The notes beneath the pieces were generated by a model. That model did no database searches, was not told the DNA's origin, and was given only the letters and a program-made list of their open reading frames with translations. Source: Oscillospiraceae bacterium (lineage in GTDB: Bacteria > Bacillota > Clostridia > UBA1212 > UBA1255). Taken from it: 64,000 bases of DNA. The position numbers and the translations under genes are program-made. The stretch spans positions 65,385 to 129,384 of the forward strand of contig SVJD01000002.1 in assembly GCA_015069165.1 (NCBI GenBank), given 5' to 3'. Shown here in pieces: positions 10,372 to 20,476 of this stretch; the first letter of the stretch is position 1; each line of letters starts with the position of its first letter.

Positions 10372-11718
10372 ATGAAAAAGTATATCAAAAGTGCAGTAGT
10401 TATGTTGCTTGCATTTATTATGGTATTCTCCATCGTTGCTTGTAGCAAGCCGCCCATGGTCTCACAAGAAGAACTTGAAATTGCTGAGAAACAGGGTGTA
10501 GCAGAGGGCGAAGTTACTTTCACATACGGACCCGCTGCTTCAAGTGCAGACTACAGAGCCGCTGCAGATAGATTTGTATCTGCTTTTGAGAGTAAGTACC
10601 CGGATGTAAAGGTTGAAACAGACTATACTGCAACATCAGATACGAGAATTGCGGCAGCAGATATTGGCGATGTATTTTATTTTTCTGAGGACCAGACATA
10701 TAAATATGCAGTTTCCGATAAAGCTTTGCTTCCCCTTGACGGTTTCGTTGAGAAATTCGGTATTGATTTGAGCGATGTATACAGCGGTATTTATGCATTG
10801 GGTCTTGTTAACGGACGTTTGTATTTTGTTCCCAGAGACTACAACCACATGGCATTGATTTACAATAAAACAGCTGTAACAGAAGCAGGTGTAAGTGAAT
10901 CTGTAAAACCTGAGTGGACTTGGGAAGAATTCCAAGTTCTTTGTGAGCAGCTCTATAGTGAAGATTATTATCCGGTTGAGTTGAACCTTGGATATTCACC
11001 TGTATACACAGCTTTCTTTGAGGCTTATACACACAGAAATTCTTGGTGCAGCACAAGTGAAAAGAAAATCACTTTTATTGACGAAGAAGGTAAAATCCTC
11101 AGAGCAGTAAAAGAAGCTCTCGATTTGGCAAAGAAAGACTATGCTAAATTCCCCGGAATCAACGATACACAAGAAGGTCTCCAAAACAGAGATGCTATCT
11201 TCACAACTTGCGTATATCCTCAGGTTCAAACTTATGGTAAAAACTTTGATGCTTTGGATGTTGAGTGGGATGTAATAAATATGCCTTTGTTCGAGAATCC
11301 TTCATTCGGATGCGGTGCTTCAGGTGTTGGAGTATTCAGCAGAACACAGAACGTAACAGGAGCTGCTGCGTTGGCTTTGTTCTTCTTCACACCCGAAGGA
11401 CAGAAAGCATTTAACGCAGGACAGGGTGGTTCTGTACCGCTTCTTAAATCTATTGATGCAGAAGGTTACGATGCTTGGAAATATCCTGATGATGAAAATT
11501 GGAGTACAAAGAACTGGGATGCTTTCGTTTATAAAGCAGACACTGCTTCAACTCCCGGTCAGGTTAACTGTCGTATGCCTGTAGAAGTTGCTTCAGCAAT
11601 TGACACAGACATTAAGAAGATTTTAGGTCAAGACCTTGCAGGTACAACAAGTTACCTTGATGGTTTTGCAACACTCGAGAAAAAATGTAACGAGCTTTGG
11701 GGTCTTCTTACAGCCTAA
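10372..11718 (+). CDS. ABC transporter solute-binding lipoprotein
   Basis: GGAGG RBS. Signal peptide and lipobox (IVAC SKPP). SBP-like sequence. Confidence 0.8.
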   Translation: MKKYIKSAVVMLLAFIMVFSIVACSKPPMVSQEELEIAEKQGVAEGEVTFTYGPAASSADYRAAADRFVSAFESKYPDVKVETDYTATSDTRIAAADIGDVFYFSEDQTYKYAVSDKALLPLDGFVEKFGIDLSDVYSGIYALGLVNGRLYFVPRDYNHMALIYNKTAVTEAGVSESVKPEWTWEEFQVLCEQLYSEDYYPVELNLGYSPVYTAFFEAYTHRNSWCSTSEKKITFIDEEGKILRAVKEALDLAKKDYAKFPGINDTQEGLQNRDAIFTTCVYPQVQTYGKNFDALDVEWDVINMPLFENPSFGCGASGVGVFSRTQNVTGAAALALFFFTPEGQKAFNAGQGGSVPLLKSIDAEGYDAWKYPDDENWSTKNWDAFVYKADTASTPGQVNCRMPVEVASAIDTDIKKILGQDLAGTTSYLDGFATLEKKCNELWGLLTA

Positions 11719-11756
11719 TAAGCATTTAGCAGAACTAACATAAAATTTTGAATTAA

Positions 11757-11787
11757 AGGTGTAATCTTCGGATTACACCTTTTTTTG
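11757..11787 (+). terminator. Rho-independent terminator
   Basis: AGGTGTAATC-ttcg-GATTACACCT followed by T7. Confidence 0.85.
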
Positions 11788-11794
11788 TACGGAA

Positions 11795-12727
11795 TTATAA
11801 AAAGCTAAATATTGCAAGTGTAAGTATAAAAGCAATAAATGATTGGAGAATTTTTGCGATCAAGTAATATTTTGTTTTAATTTCATAGCTTTTTAATATA
11901 CCGCATACTTGCAGGTGAACACAAAAACCGGACCATCCCGTAACGGCAGATATTATTGCTGTTTTTAGCGGAAACGCAAAGTTTGAAGTTTGCGAAAACA
12001 GTGATTTAACAAGGACATTTAAGCCGCCGGTAAGTTCGGTAATACTGTAAAGAGCAGTATATGCAGAGTCGGACAAAATGGGTATTTTTTTAAAAAGTGA
12101 TGTAACAGAAGCAAAGAATACAATTACTGCGCCTACATACATTGCTGTATTTAATCCTGATGTAATGGCAGTTGTCAGATTAATGTTGTTTGTTTTCGGA
12201 GTTGTAACATTTTGGTGTTGTTTTTCTTTGAGTAAAAATTTACACAAAAGCAATCCCGAAATTAAAGATGATAAAACAAGGCATATCCAAATCAATAAAC
12301 CGAGTTTTGTGCTTTTAAGATGTAATCTGCCTATAATCGTTATAACATATGCAGGACCTGCGTTGTTTGTAAAAGAAGCTAAAAGTGCTGCTTCTTTTTT
12401 TGAAATCAGCTTGTTTTGGTATAAATCACAGGTAACCTTTGCGCCTACGGGAAAGCCGCAGAGCAGTCCTAAAATTATTGCGGTTAAAGATTCCGGCGGC
12501 AATTTGTAAAGGCGAGAAACAGGCGTAAAAAATTTGCTGATTTTTGAAAGAAGCGGATTTGTTGTCAAAATGGCAGTAAGTACATAAAAAGGGAACATTG
12601 CAGGAAAAACGGAATTTAAAAACATATAAAGTGCATCTCTCGTTTCTGTCATGCAGTTTTGATTAAAAACAACAAATAAAAGCATAAGTAAAAAAGAAAA
12701 AAGCCCGATGATACAAGAAATGAACAT
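11795..12727 (-). CDS. ylbJ: Sporulation integral membrane protein YlbJ-like (nucleoside-recognition/Gate domain protein)
   Basis: Start moved to the internal ATG at 12727 (MFISCIIGLFSF...). The longer track ORF would run across the metA start. Polytopic protein with YlbJ-like motifs (AIILGLLCGFPVGAK, SFTNNAGPAY). Confidence 0.65.
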   Translation of the reverse strand: MFISCIIGLFSFLLMLLFVVFNQNCMTETRDALYMFLNSVFPAMFPFYVLTAILTTNPLLSKISKFFTPVSRLYKLPPESLTAIILGLLCGFPVGAKVTCDLYQNKLISKKEAALLASFTNNAGPAYVITIIGRLHLKSTKLGLLIWICLVLSSLISGLLLCKFLLKEKQHQNVTTPKTNNINLTTAITSGLNTAMYVGAVIVFFASVTSLFKKIPILSDSAYTALYSITELTGGLNVLVKSLFSQTSNFAFPLKTAIISAVTGWSGFCVHLQVCGILKSYEIKTKYYLIAKILQSFIAFILTLAIFSFL

Positions 12728-12856
12728 ATTTATGATCCTTTCTAAAGATAATTTTAGTAAAATTTTGCACATAATATATTTATGTCGGATATGGACAATT
12801 ATCCCGCAGAAGTGTAAAATAGAAGGGATAACATAAGATTCAGAAAGGGAAATGTT

Positions 12857-13807
12857 ATGCCTATTAAAATACCTAATGATTTGCCGGCAGCGGAAACGCT
12901 CCACAAAGAGAATGTATTTGTAATGAATGAAAATATGGCTTTTCATCAAGATATCAGACCTCTTAAAATAGCCATAATGAATTTGATGCCTACAAAGATT
13001 GTTACTGAAACTCAAATTTTAAGATTACTCAGTAATTCTCCGTTGCAGGTTGAGCTTACGTTACTTCATCCGGCAACTCACGTATCTAAAAATACATCAT
13101 TAAGTCATATGAACGCATTTTATCTCACACCGGAGGATGTTAAAGAACGTAAATTTGACGGCTTGATAATTACGGGTGCGCCGGTTGAACAGATGCCGTT
13201 TGAAGAGGTAGGTTATTGGAAAGAACTGTGCAGTCTTATGGAATGGTCCAGAAAAAATGTCACAACAACATTTCATATTTGTTGGGGTGCTCAAGCCGGT
13301 TTATATTACCATTACGGCATAGACAAGTATCAGTTGGACAAAAAGCTTTTCGGTATTTTTGAGCACAAATCTCACAACAGAGTCGCCAGACTTTTGAGAG
13401 GATTTGATGATTGTTTCTATGTACCTCATTCTCGCTATACGGGGGTAAGAATGGAAGATGTTGAAAAAAATCCTGATTTAGATATTCTTGCTACATCGGA
13501 AGAAGCCGGTCTTTGCATTTGTGCTTCACATGACAGACGTCAAATTTTTATGTTAGGTCATCTTGAGTACGACAGAGATACATTGAAACTTGAGTACGAA
13601 AGAGACAGAGCCAAGGGTTTAGACACACAGATTCCTGAAAATTATTTCCCGAATGACGATCCTGCGGCAAAACCGTATTTTAAATGGAAAAGTCACGCTT
13701 ATTTGCTGTATGCAAATTGGCTTAATTACTATGTATATCAAGCAACACCGTATGATATGGAAAATATCAATATGGACTTTAAACCACCGGTAGGTCACAA
13801 GCGATAA
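12857..13807 (+). CDS. metA: Homoserine O-acyltransferase MetA
   Basis: N-terminus [15 protein letters not shown]...[13 protein letters not shown] is typical MetA. Length 316 aa. Confidence 0.9.
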   Translation: MPIKIPNDLPAAETLHKENVFVMNENMAFHQDIRPLKIAIMNLMPTKIVTETQILRLLSNSPLQVELTLLHPATHVSKNTSLSHMNAFYLTPEDVKERKFDGLIITGAPVEQMPFEEVGYWKELCSLMEWSRKNVTTTFHICWGAQAGLYYHYGIDKYQLDKKLFGIFEHKSHNRVARLLRGFDDCFYVPHSRYTGVRMEDVEKNPDLDILATSEEAGLCICASHDRRQIFMLGHLEYDRDTLKLEYERDRAKGLDTQIPENYFPNDDPAAKPYFKWKSHAYLLYANWLNYYVYQATPYDMENINMDFKPPVGHKR

Positions 13808-13826
13808 AAATATTTCGGAGGGGAAT

Positions 13827-15356
13827 ATGGCACAGAGAATCGGTAAAACATATATAAAAAAAGGCAGAAAAGCAGGTTTTTTAATTATGCTTGTAACATT
13901 GATTGTTATAGGTATAGTTATTGCTGTGATTCAATTGCTGCCCGGTAATGTTCCGGAGATTGGATATTCCGAACAAAACGGCCTCGGCAGATCTTTTATG
14001 TATCCGTTTGTTTTTACTGACAGTCAATCGCAACTGTATGTTTTAAAAGAAGATAACAGTGTAGTCCCGGTTGATAACAATGTTTCATATTCTTTGCACG
14101 ATTCTTCTCACGACAGAATATACTATGTGAGTGAAAATAATCTTTACGAATACTCATTAAAGACAAACGACAGAGTGGCTTTGTGTGAAAGTGTTGTAAA
14201 ATTCAGCCTTTTAGGTAACAGAAGAGGCGTTGTATATACTGATAATTCTAATAGGGTTCTTATGTACTTATTTAAAGGAAAAGAAAATGTGCTTCTCAGC
14301 GCACAAGAAAATGCGGAGGAACCTTATTACGCTGTTTGTGATGAAGGTGTGATTTTTGCAGACGGCACAAAACTGAAGTATTGTGATTATTTGGGAAAAA
14401 TCAAGGAACTTACACAAAAATTGAATACATCAAAGAAGTTTTATATATCTTCGGATAATGAAAACATATGTTTTTATGAGGATTCAACACTTGTGATTTG
14501 CAAAACAAATGGTAAAGTTGTAAAAAAATTGCAGAATGGTCAGCCTGTTGTTTCACAAGATGAAACGGCGTTGATTTATCCCGGTACAAATGAACTGAAA
14601 AAGAATGACGGTATAGCTTTTAAGTATTTTTTGAGCAATATAGGTCAAGTTGAAGCTGAGCAGAATAACCCGGGGATGTACAATGCAGGCAATCTTCATT
14701 ATTTTGACGGAAAAGAATTTAAAGAAGTTGCAAAAGACATATATAAAGTGATCTATTATTCAAAAGACGATAACTTTTTGCTCTATACAGTTTTAAATAA
14801 GGATAAAATGGATGTATATATGACTTCGAAAGGGGCAAAACCAAAAAAGCAAATAACATGCGATGTAGGCAGTAATTTTATGTTTGATAATAAATCGAAG
14901 TTTTTGTATTTCAGAGATGAAGAGTCAACGCTGTGGAGATACGATATATATGATGTCAATTTTAAAAAAGTTAAAATTGCGGAAAATACGGGCAATATTT
15001 ATGACTATTACAATAAGCCGTTTGTTGCGTATACCGACAAAGAACAAAAATTTGAATATTTAGTTTTAAAAGATAAAATTGTGCGTGCAGAGACCGGAAC
15101 TGATATAAGACTTTACGGCAGAAGCCATGAAACGTACCTTCTTTGCAAACAAAATACAAACGGACTTGTAACATTGGATTATGTTTTTGAAGATAGGCTT
15201 ACAAGAATAGCAAATAATATAAGCTCTAATATATACTTTGATAAAGATATTGAATATGCCATATATAACGAAAATCAAAAAATGTATTTGTGGCACGGCG
15301 GAAATATTACTTATATAGGAGATTACGAGTCTGTAAAAGCGGTGGACATAATATGA
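13827..15356 (+). CDS. Hypothetical membrane-anchored protein (N-terminal TM, repetitive beta-rich ectodomain)
   Basis: GGAGGGG RBS. One TM helix (FLIMLVTLIVIGIVIAVIQLL). No motif I recognise. Confidence 0.55.
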   Translation: MAQRIGKTYIKKGRKAGFLIMLVTLIVIGIVIAVIQLLPGNVPEIGYSEQNGLGRSFMYPFVFTDSQSQLYVLKEDNSVVPVDNNVSYSLHDSSHDRIYYVSENNLYEYSLKTNDRVALCESVVKFSLLGNRRGVVYTDNSNRVLMYLFKGKENVLLSAQENAEEPYYAVCDEGVIFADGTKLKYCDYLGKIKELTQKLNTSKKFYISSDNENICFYEDSTLVICKTNGKVVKKLQNGQPVVSQDETALIYPGTNELKKNDGIAFKYFLSNIGQVEAEQNNPGMYNAGNLHYFDGKEFKEVAKDIYKVIYYSKDDNFLLYTVLNKDKMDVYMTSKGAKPKKQITCDVGSNFMFDNKSKFLYFRDEESTLWRYDIYDVNFKKVKIAENTGNIYDYYNKPFVAYTDKEQKFEYLVLKDKIVRAETGTDIRLYGRSHETYLLCKQNTNGLVTLDYVFEDRLTRIANNISSNIYFDKDIEYAIYNENQKMYLWHGGNITYIGDYESVKAVDII

Positions 15357-16441
15357 CAAAATATTACAGAAAAGGAATAATTTTTTGCTTGGCTGTTGCG
15401 GCAATTATAGCTGTTTTGGCTTCGGGATGTCAAAATGACAACGAAATTACGATGCCTACTTTTTCTGTACCCACACCGACACCTACTATTTCGGCTACGG
15501 GAGCAATTATGCCTACACCGACACCGAATTCGGAAGAGGAAATACATTTTGGTGACGTGCGTCTTGAAAATATAGTAAGAGATAAAATCGGCAAAAATAT
15601 CGGTCCTATAATGAGAGCTGATGTTGAAAATATAACAGTATTCAGTGCCAGAGTTGAAGGAATTTACTCCGTTGACGGATTGCAGTATTTTACATCTTTG
15701 GAAGAACTTGACTTATATGGCAACAGAATTTCGGATTTAACGCCTGTTTCAAGCCTTACTTCGCTAAAAAAACTTAATTTGGGAAAAAATTACAATGTAT
15801 TATCGGCAGGTTCATCGGATGTAAAAGGTTTAGACATAACACCCCTTAAGACGCTCAGTTTGTTGGAAGAGGTTGATTTGTCTGATAATATGCTTTCCAA
15901 TATAGATACATTGCGCTCTTTGCCACTGCTTAAAAGAGTTGTTCTGACCGGAAACAGAATAGACGATATTACGCCGCTTTCTGCGTGTAAGAATATTAAA
16001 TACGTAGATTTGTCATACAATTACGGATATAATGATGATAATACAGAAAGAGGTATTGTTGATTTATCACCTCTTTACGAAATATCTTCTCTTGAAACGC
16101 TTATTGCAAATTACAACATAATTGCAGATGTGACAGGAATAGAAAAATTAACGGAGCTGAAATATATAGACCTTTCAGAGAATTTTGTCAGTGATATAAC
16201 ACCAATCAGCAAACTTCCGAAAGTCGAGACCGTAATACTTAATCGCAACAGCCTTGTTTCTATAGCTCCGCTTAGAAATAATGAAACAATAAAGACACTT
16301 GATGTTTCACAGAATATGATTACACATTTTGATGTTATTCTTACAATGAAAAATTTACAGGAACTTAACTGGGCACAGAATAATATTCAAAATTACAAGC
16401 CGATAGATAAATTTGAGGAGAATAAAAATGAACCCGGATAA
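15353..16441 (+). CDS. Leucine-rich-repeat (internalin-like) lipoprotein
   Basis: The ATG at 15353 overlaps the upstream stop (ATGA). Lipobox LASGC with a Pro/Thr linker. At least 8 LRR units of about 22 aa (LxxLxLxxNxIsDItPL). Confidence 0.75.
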   Translation: MTKYYRKGIIFCLAVAAIIAVLASGCQNDNEITMPTFSVPTPTPTISATGAIMPTPTPNSEEEIHFGDVRLENIVRDKIGKNIGPIMRADVENITVFSARVEGIYSVDGLQYFTSLEELDLYGNRISDLTPVSSLTSLKKLNLGKNYNVLSAGSSDVKGLDITPLKTLSLLEEVDLSDNMLSNIDTLRSLPLLKRVVLTGNRIDDITPLSACKNIKYVDLSYNYGYNDDNTERGIVDLSPLYEISSLETLIANYNIIADVTGIEKLTELKYIDLSENFVSDITPISKLPKVETVILNRNSLVSIAPLRNNETIKTLDVSQNMITHFDVILTMKNLQELNWAQNNIQNYKPIDKFEENKNEPG

Positions 16442-17330
16442 TATAAACGAAAAGCAAATACAGTGGTTTCCCGGACACATGGCAAGGGCAAGACGAATTT
16501 TAAGCGAAAACTTGGCTCTTGTTGATGTTGTGGTGGAAATAGTTGATGCGAGAATACCTTTTTCGAGCAGAAACCCGGAAATAGACAGAATACTCGGGCA
16601 AAAGCCGCGCGTTATTATAGGAAATAAAAAAGATCTTTCGGATTCTAAAATGAATGGTTTTTGGAAGAATTATTACGCTTCGAAAGGCATTAAAGTTTAT
16701 TACACAGATTGTAAAAGCGGTAACGGAGTAAAAGATGTTATAACAGCAGTAAAAGAGGTAAAAGCTGAGAAGTTCAAAAAATACGAAGCTATCGGCAGAA
16801 AACCTCCCGTAATTAAAGTGATGACAGTAGGCATTCCGAATGTGGGAAAATCTTCACTTATAAATAAAATCGTAGGTAAAAATGTTGCTGTGACAGGGGA
16901 CAAGCCGGGGGTGACGAGAAATAAGCAATGGCTCAGAATTAACCCGGAAGTAATGCTTTTGGATACGCCGGGACTTTTGTGGCCTAAATTTGAAGACAAA
17001 AGATGTGCATATCGTTTGGCGGCAACAGGCGCAATAAAAAATGATGTACTTGATGTTCAGGATATTGCTATTTTCTTGCTTGAACACTTAACGGAGAATT
17101 ATCCGGAGGCAGTAGCAGAAAAATACGGAATCAAAAAAGAAAATATAAAATTGCCGACAGATTATTTAGAAATTTGCGGTCGCCGCAGAGGTTGTCTTGT
17201 AAAGGGCGGAGAAGTCGATATGTACAGAGCAGCCGGAATTGCATTAGACGATTTCAGAAGCGGTAAACTCGGCAAAATAACACTTGACGGACGCGAAATG
17301 TTGGAAGCTCCGGAGGTGCAAAATGACTGA
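16428..17330 (+). CDS. rbgA: Ribosome biogenesis GTPase A (YlqF/RbgA)
   Basis: GAGGAG RBS. IQWFPGHMARA, circularly permuted GTPase motifs (NKKD ... GIPNVGKSS ... DTPG). Confidence 0.9.
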   Translation: MNPDNINEKQIQWFPGHMARARRILSENLALVDVVVEIVDARIPFSSRNPEIDRILGQKPRVIIGNKKDLSDSKMNGFWKNYYASKGIKVYYTDCKSGNGVKDVITAVKEVKAEKFKKYEAIGRKPPVIKVMTVGIPNVGKSSLINKIVGKNVAVTGDKPGVTRNKQWLRINPEVMLLDTPGLLWPKFEDKRCAYRLAATGAIKNDVLDVQDIAIFLLEHLTENYPEAVAEKYGIKKENIKLPTDYLEICGRRRGCLVKGGEVDMYRAAGIALDDFRSGKLGKITLDGREMLEAPEVQND

Positions 17331-17958
17331 AGAGAGATTTTTAGAATTATGTAAATTTGAAAGACAGTTAAAAGAAGAAGGGTATACACTCATAGCAGGA
17401 ATTGACGAAGCGGGCAGAGGTCCTTTGGCAGGCCCCGTATCGGCGGCTTGCGTAATAGTAGGAGCAGACGGCCCCTTTGTAAGAGGTGTGGATGATTCAA
17501 AGAAGTTAAGCGAAAAACGACGGGAAAGTTTATTCGACGAAATAAAAGAAACTTCATTTGCGTACGGTATAAGCTTTGTTGATAGTAAACGCATCGACGA
17601 AATAAACATTCTACAAGCAACATACGAAGCTATGAGAAACGCTCTTAAGCAAGCGATAGAAATGGCAGAAGGTAAAGCACCGGGAATGATTTTGGTAGAC
17701 CATGTACATATTCCTGAGATTGAAATTCCGCAAATGTCCATAACGCACGGAGATGCACAAAGCATATCAATCGGTTCGGCATCAATACTTGCAAAGGTTG
17801 CAAGGGACAGACTTATGAGAGAATATGATGAGAAATATCCTGAATATGGTTTTGCAAAGCATAAAGGTTACGGAACAAAGGCTCACTACGCAGCAATCGC
17901 ACAGTATGGGCCCAATGAAATACACAGGAAAACTTTTTTGAAAAAATTATTTAATTAA
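17323..17958 (+). CDS. rnhB: Ribonuclease HII
   Basis: IAGIDEAGRGPLAGPV motif. The start overlaps the rbgA stop. Confidence 0.9.
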   Translation: MTEERFLELCKFERQLKEEGYTLIAGIDEAGRGPLAGPVSAACVIVGADGPFVRGVDDSKKLSEKRRESLFDEIKETSFAYGISFVDSKRIDEINILQATYEAMRNALKQAIEMAEGKAPGMILVDHVHIPEIEIPQMSITHGDAQSISIGSASILAKVARDRLMREYDEKYPEYGFAKHKGYGTKAHYAAIAQYGPNEIHRKTFLKKLFN

Positions 17959-17970
17959 AGGTATTATTTT

Positions 17971-18609
17971 ATGAAAGTAAAAAACGCAAAATTTGTAATA
18001 TCGGCAGTTTCGCCAAAACAGTATCCCGACAGCAATCTGCTTGAAGTAGCTTTTGCAGGCAGATCGAATGTGGGGAAGTCATCTTTAATAAATGCACTTT
18101 TAGGAAGAAAGAGGTTGGCGTACAGCGGCTCGAAACAAGGTATGACACGCCAAATAAATTATTATAATTTAGATGACGAGCTTCATTTTGTGGATTTGCC
18201 GGGGTATGGTTTTGCCGCAGTATCAAAGAGTGAAAAAAATTTGTGGGGTAAAGTTATTACAGATTATTTAAATGTTAGACCGCAGCTTTATCTTGTGCTT
18301 ATGCTGGTAGACATACGCCATAAACCATCAAAAGACGATGAAAATATGTATCAGTGGATATTGAATTCCGGAATAGACTACTTGATAGTTGCTACAAAAG
18401 CAGATAAATTAAGTAAGCAGCAAGCCAAAAATAATGCTCAAATTATAAGAAAGACTTTACAAATACCCCCTGAAAAGGATATTATATGCGTATCTGCCGA
18501 AAAAAGGACAGGTATAGATAAATTATGGGAAGCCATAGACAGTTACATCGTAGAAGATGAAATTGAAGAAGATGATAATACAGAGAAAGGTGCGCAAGAA
18601 AATGAGTAA
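17971..18609 (+). CDS. engB: Ribosome biogenesis GTP-binding protein YsxC/EngB
   Basis: EVAFAGRSNVGKSSLINAL, DLPGYGFA, TKADK motifs. Confidence 0.9.
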   Translation: MKVKNAKFVISAVSPKQYPDSNLLEVAFAGRSNVGKSSLINALLGRKRLAYSGSKQGMTRQINYYNLDDELHFVDLPGYGFAAVSKSEKNLWGKVITDYLNVRPQLYLVLMLVDIRHKPSKDDENMYQWILNSGIDYLIVATKADKLSKQQAKNNAQIIRKTLQIPPEKDIICVSAEKRTGIDKLWEAIDSYIVEDEIEEDDNTEKGAQENE

Positions 18610-19864
18610 AAACGCATTCATTACAAAAGAACAAGCAGAAGCGATTTGCAAGGAGTTCCCCACTCCGTTTCATATATACAGTGAAGACGGCATCAGAAAT
18701 GTCATCAGAAATTTAAAAAAAGCATTTTCATGGAACAAAGGTTACCGCGAATATTTCGCAGTAAAAGCTTGCCCCAATCCTTTTCTTATAAAAATAATGC
18801 AAGAAGAAGGTTGCGGTGTTGACTGCTCATCATATACGGAATTGATGCTCGCCGAAAGTCTCGGTTTTAAAGGCAACGGAATAATGTTTTCATCAAATGC
18901 CACTCCGGCACAGGATTTCGAATACGCAAGAGAATTGGAAGCAATTGTAAATTTAGATGATTTTACACATATAGATTTTTTGGCAAAACACGGCGGAATT
19001 CCCGAAGAAATTTGTTTAAGATATAATCCGGGAGGATTTTTCTCAATAGGCAACAGCATAATGGGTAACCCCGGAGATGCAAAATACGGTATGACACCGG
19101 ATCAAATGGTAGAAGGAATACGCAAACTTATGAGTTTGGGTGCAAAAAGATTCGGAATACACGCATTCCTTGCCAGCAATATGACAGAAAAAGATTATTA
19201 TCCCACATTGGCGGCTCAGCTTTTCCGTGAGGCAGTAAGACTTAATAAAGAAACAGGTGCAGAAATAAGCTTCGTAAACCTTTCGGGAGGAATAGGCATT
19301 CCGTACAAGCCCGAAGACGAAGCTGCCGATATATTCTACATAGGCGCAGGTGTAGAAAAGGCGTATAACGAAATAATAGTGCCTTCCCCCATAAAGAATC
19401 TTGATATAAAAACAGAATTGGGAAGATATATAACAGGACCTTACGGAATGTTGGTAACACGTGTTTTGCATGAGAAAAATACATTCAAACATTACATCGG
19501 AACAGATGCGTGTGCGGCAAACCTTATGAGACCTGCAATGTACGGAGCGTACCATCATATAGTTGTTTTGGGAAAAGAAAATGCTCCGCATACCGAAAAG
19601 TATGACATAACAGGCGGACTTTGCGAAAATAACGATAAATTTGCAATTGACCGTATGCTTCCCGAAATAGAAATAGGAGATTTACTGGCAATACTTGATT
19701 CCGGCGCACACGGTTTTGCAATGGGATACAATTATAATGGTAAACTCAGAAGTGCAGAGCTTCTTTTGAAATCTGACGGCAGCGTGCAGATGATAAGAAG
19801 AGCAGAAACTCCGAAGGATTATTTTGCTACATTTGATTTTTCGGATATAATTAAAGTAAAATAA
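18602..19864 (+). CDS. lysA: PLP-dependent group IV decarboxylase, probably diaminopimelate decarboxylase
   Basis: The ATG at 18602 overlaps the engB stop. FPTPFHIYSED...YFAVKACPN (PLP lysine) with a C-terminal beta domain. Substrate not provable from sequence alone. Confidence 0.7.
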   Translation: MSKNAFITKEQAEAICKEFPTPFHIYSEDGIRNVIRNLKKAFSWNKGYREYFAVKACPNPFLIKIMQEEGCGVDCSSYTELMLAESLGFKGNGIMFSSNATPAQDFEYARELEAIVNLDDFTHIDFLAKHGGIPEEICLRYNPGGFFSIGNSIMGNPGDAKYGMTPDQMVEGIRKLMSLGAKRFGIHAFLASNMTEKDYYPTLAAQLFREAVRLNKETGAEISFVNLSGGIGIPYKPEDEAADIFYIGAGVEKAYNEIIVPSPIKNLDIKTELGRYITGPYGMLVTRVLHEKNTFKHYIGTDACAANLMRPAMYGAYHHIVVLGKENAPHTEKYDITGGLCENNDKFAIDRMLPEIEIGDLLAILDSGAHGFAMGYNYNGKLRSAELLLKSDGSVQMIRRAETPKDYFATFDFSDIIKVK

Positions 19865-19894
19865 TAAAATTACTATAGAAAGAAGGAATTTATT

Positions 19895-20458
19895 ATGGCA
19901 AATTCAACAAAAATCCAGGAAATTGCATCACGTGTAAAAGAGCTCCGTGAAATATCTGACGTCACAATTGAAGAGATGGCAGAGCAATTAGGCATGTCTG
20001 CAGAAAAATATACGGCATACGAAAATGCACAAGCTGATTTCCCGGTGAGCGTGCTGTACGAAATTTCGTCTTTCTTGCGAGTCGACATGACGGAACTTCT
20101 TACAGGAGTATCTCCTCGTCTTGCAAACTGTTCATTAGTGAGAAAAGGCGAAGGTATTGCTGTTGACAGATATGAGGGTTATGACTTTGAAAGCATAGCA
20201 TACAAGTTTATAGGCAGAAAAATCGAGCCTATGATAGTTACGGTTGATGCCAAAACAGAACAAGAGCCGCCGAAGATGGTTTCACACACAGGGCAAGAAT
20301 TCAACTACGTGTTGGAAGGAACCGTTAAAGTACATTTCGGAAACAGTGAATTTATATTAAACGAAGGTGATTGTTTGTATTTTGACCCTACAACACCGCA
20401 CTCACAAAATGCTATGGGCGGCAAAGATGCAAAATTCTTAACGGTTATTTTGCTGTAA
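19895..20458 (+). CDS. XRE-family HTH transcriptional regulator with C-terminal cupin domain
   Basis: N-terminal HTH_3-like sequence (IEEMAEQLGMSAEKYTAYENAQADFPVSVLYEIS). C-terminal cupin (GQEFNYVLEGTVKVHFG...GDCLYFDPTTPH). Confidence 0.8.
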   Translation: MANSTKIQEIASRVKELREISDVTIEEMAEQLGMSAEKYTAYENAQADFPVSVLYEISSFLRVDMTELLTGVSPRLANCSLVRKGEGIAVDRYEGYDFESIAYKFIGRKIEPMIVTVDAKTEQEPPKMVSHTGQEFNYVLEGTVKVHFGNSEFILNEGDCLYFDPTTPHSQNAMGGKDAKFLTVILL

Positions 20459-20476
20459 TTATTTGGAGGTTATTGA

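Noticed and set aside
12728-12856. Possible SAM riboswitch or T-box upstream of metA, and T-boxes upstream of hisS, leuS and argS
   Set aside because: The metA leader is about 129 nt and lacks the conserved SAM-I core. The hisS, leuS and argS leaders are only about 20-45 nt, too short for a T-box.
12728-13015. 5' extension of the ylbJ-like ORF (the track gives 11795..13015, 406 aa)
   Set aside because: The first 96 codons are low-complexity, overlap the metA start on the other strand, and precede a good internal ATG that starts the hydrophobic YlbJ-like sequence.
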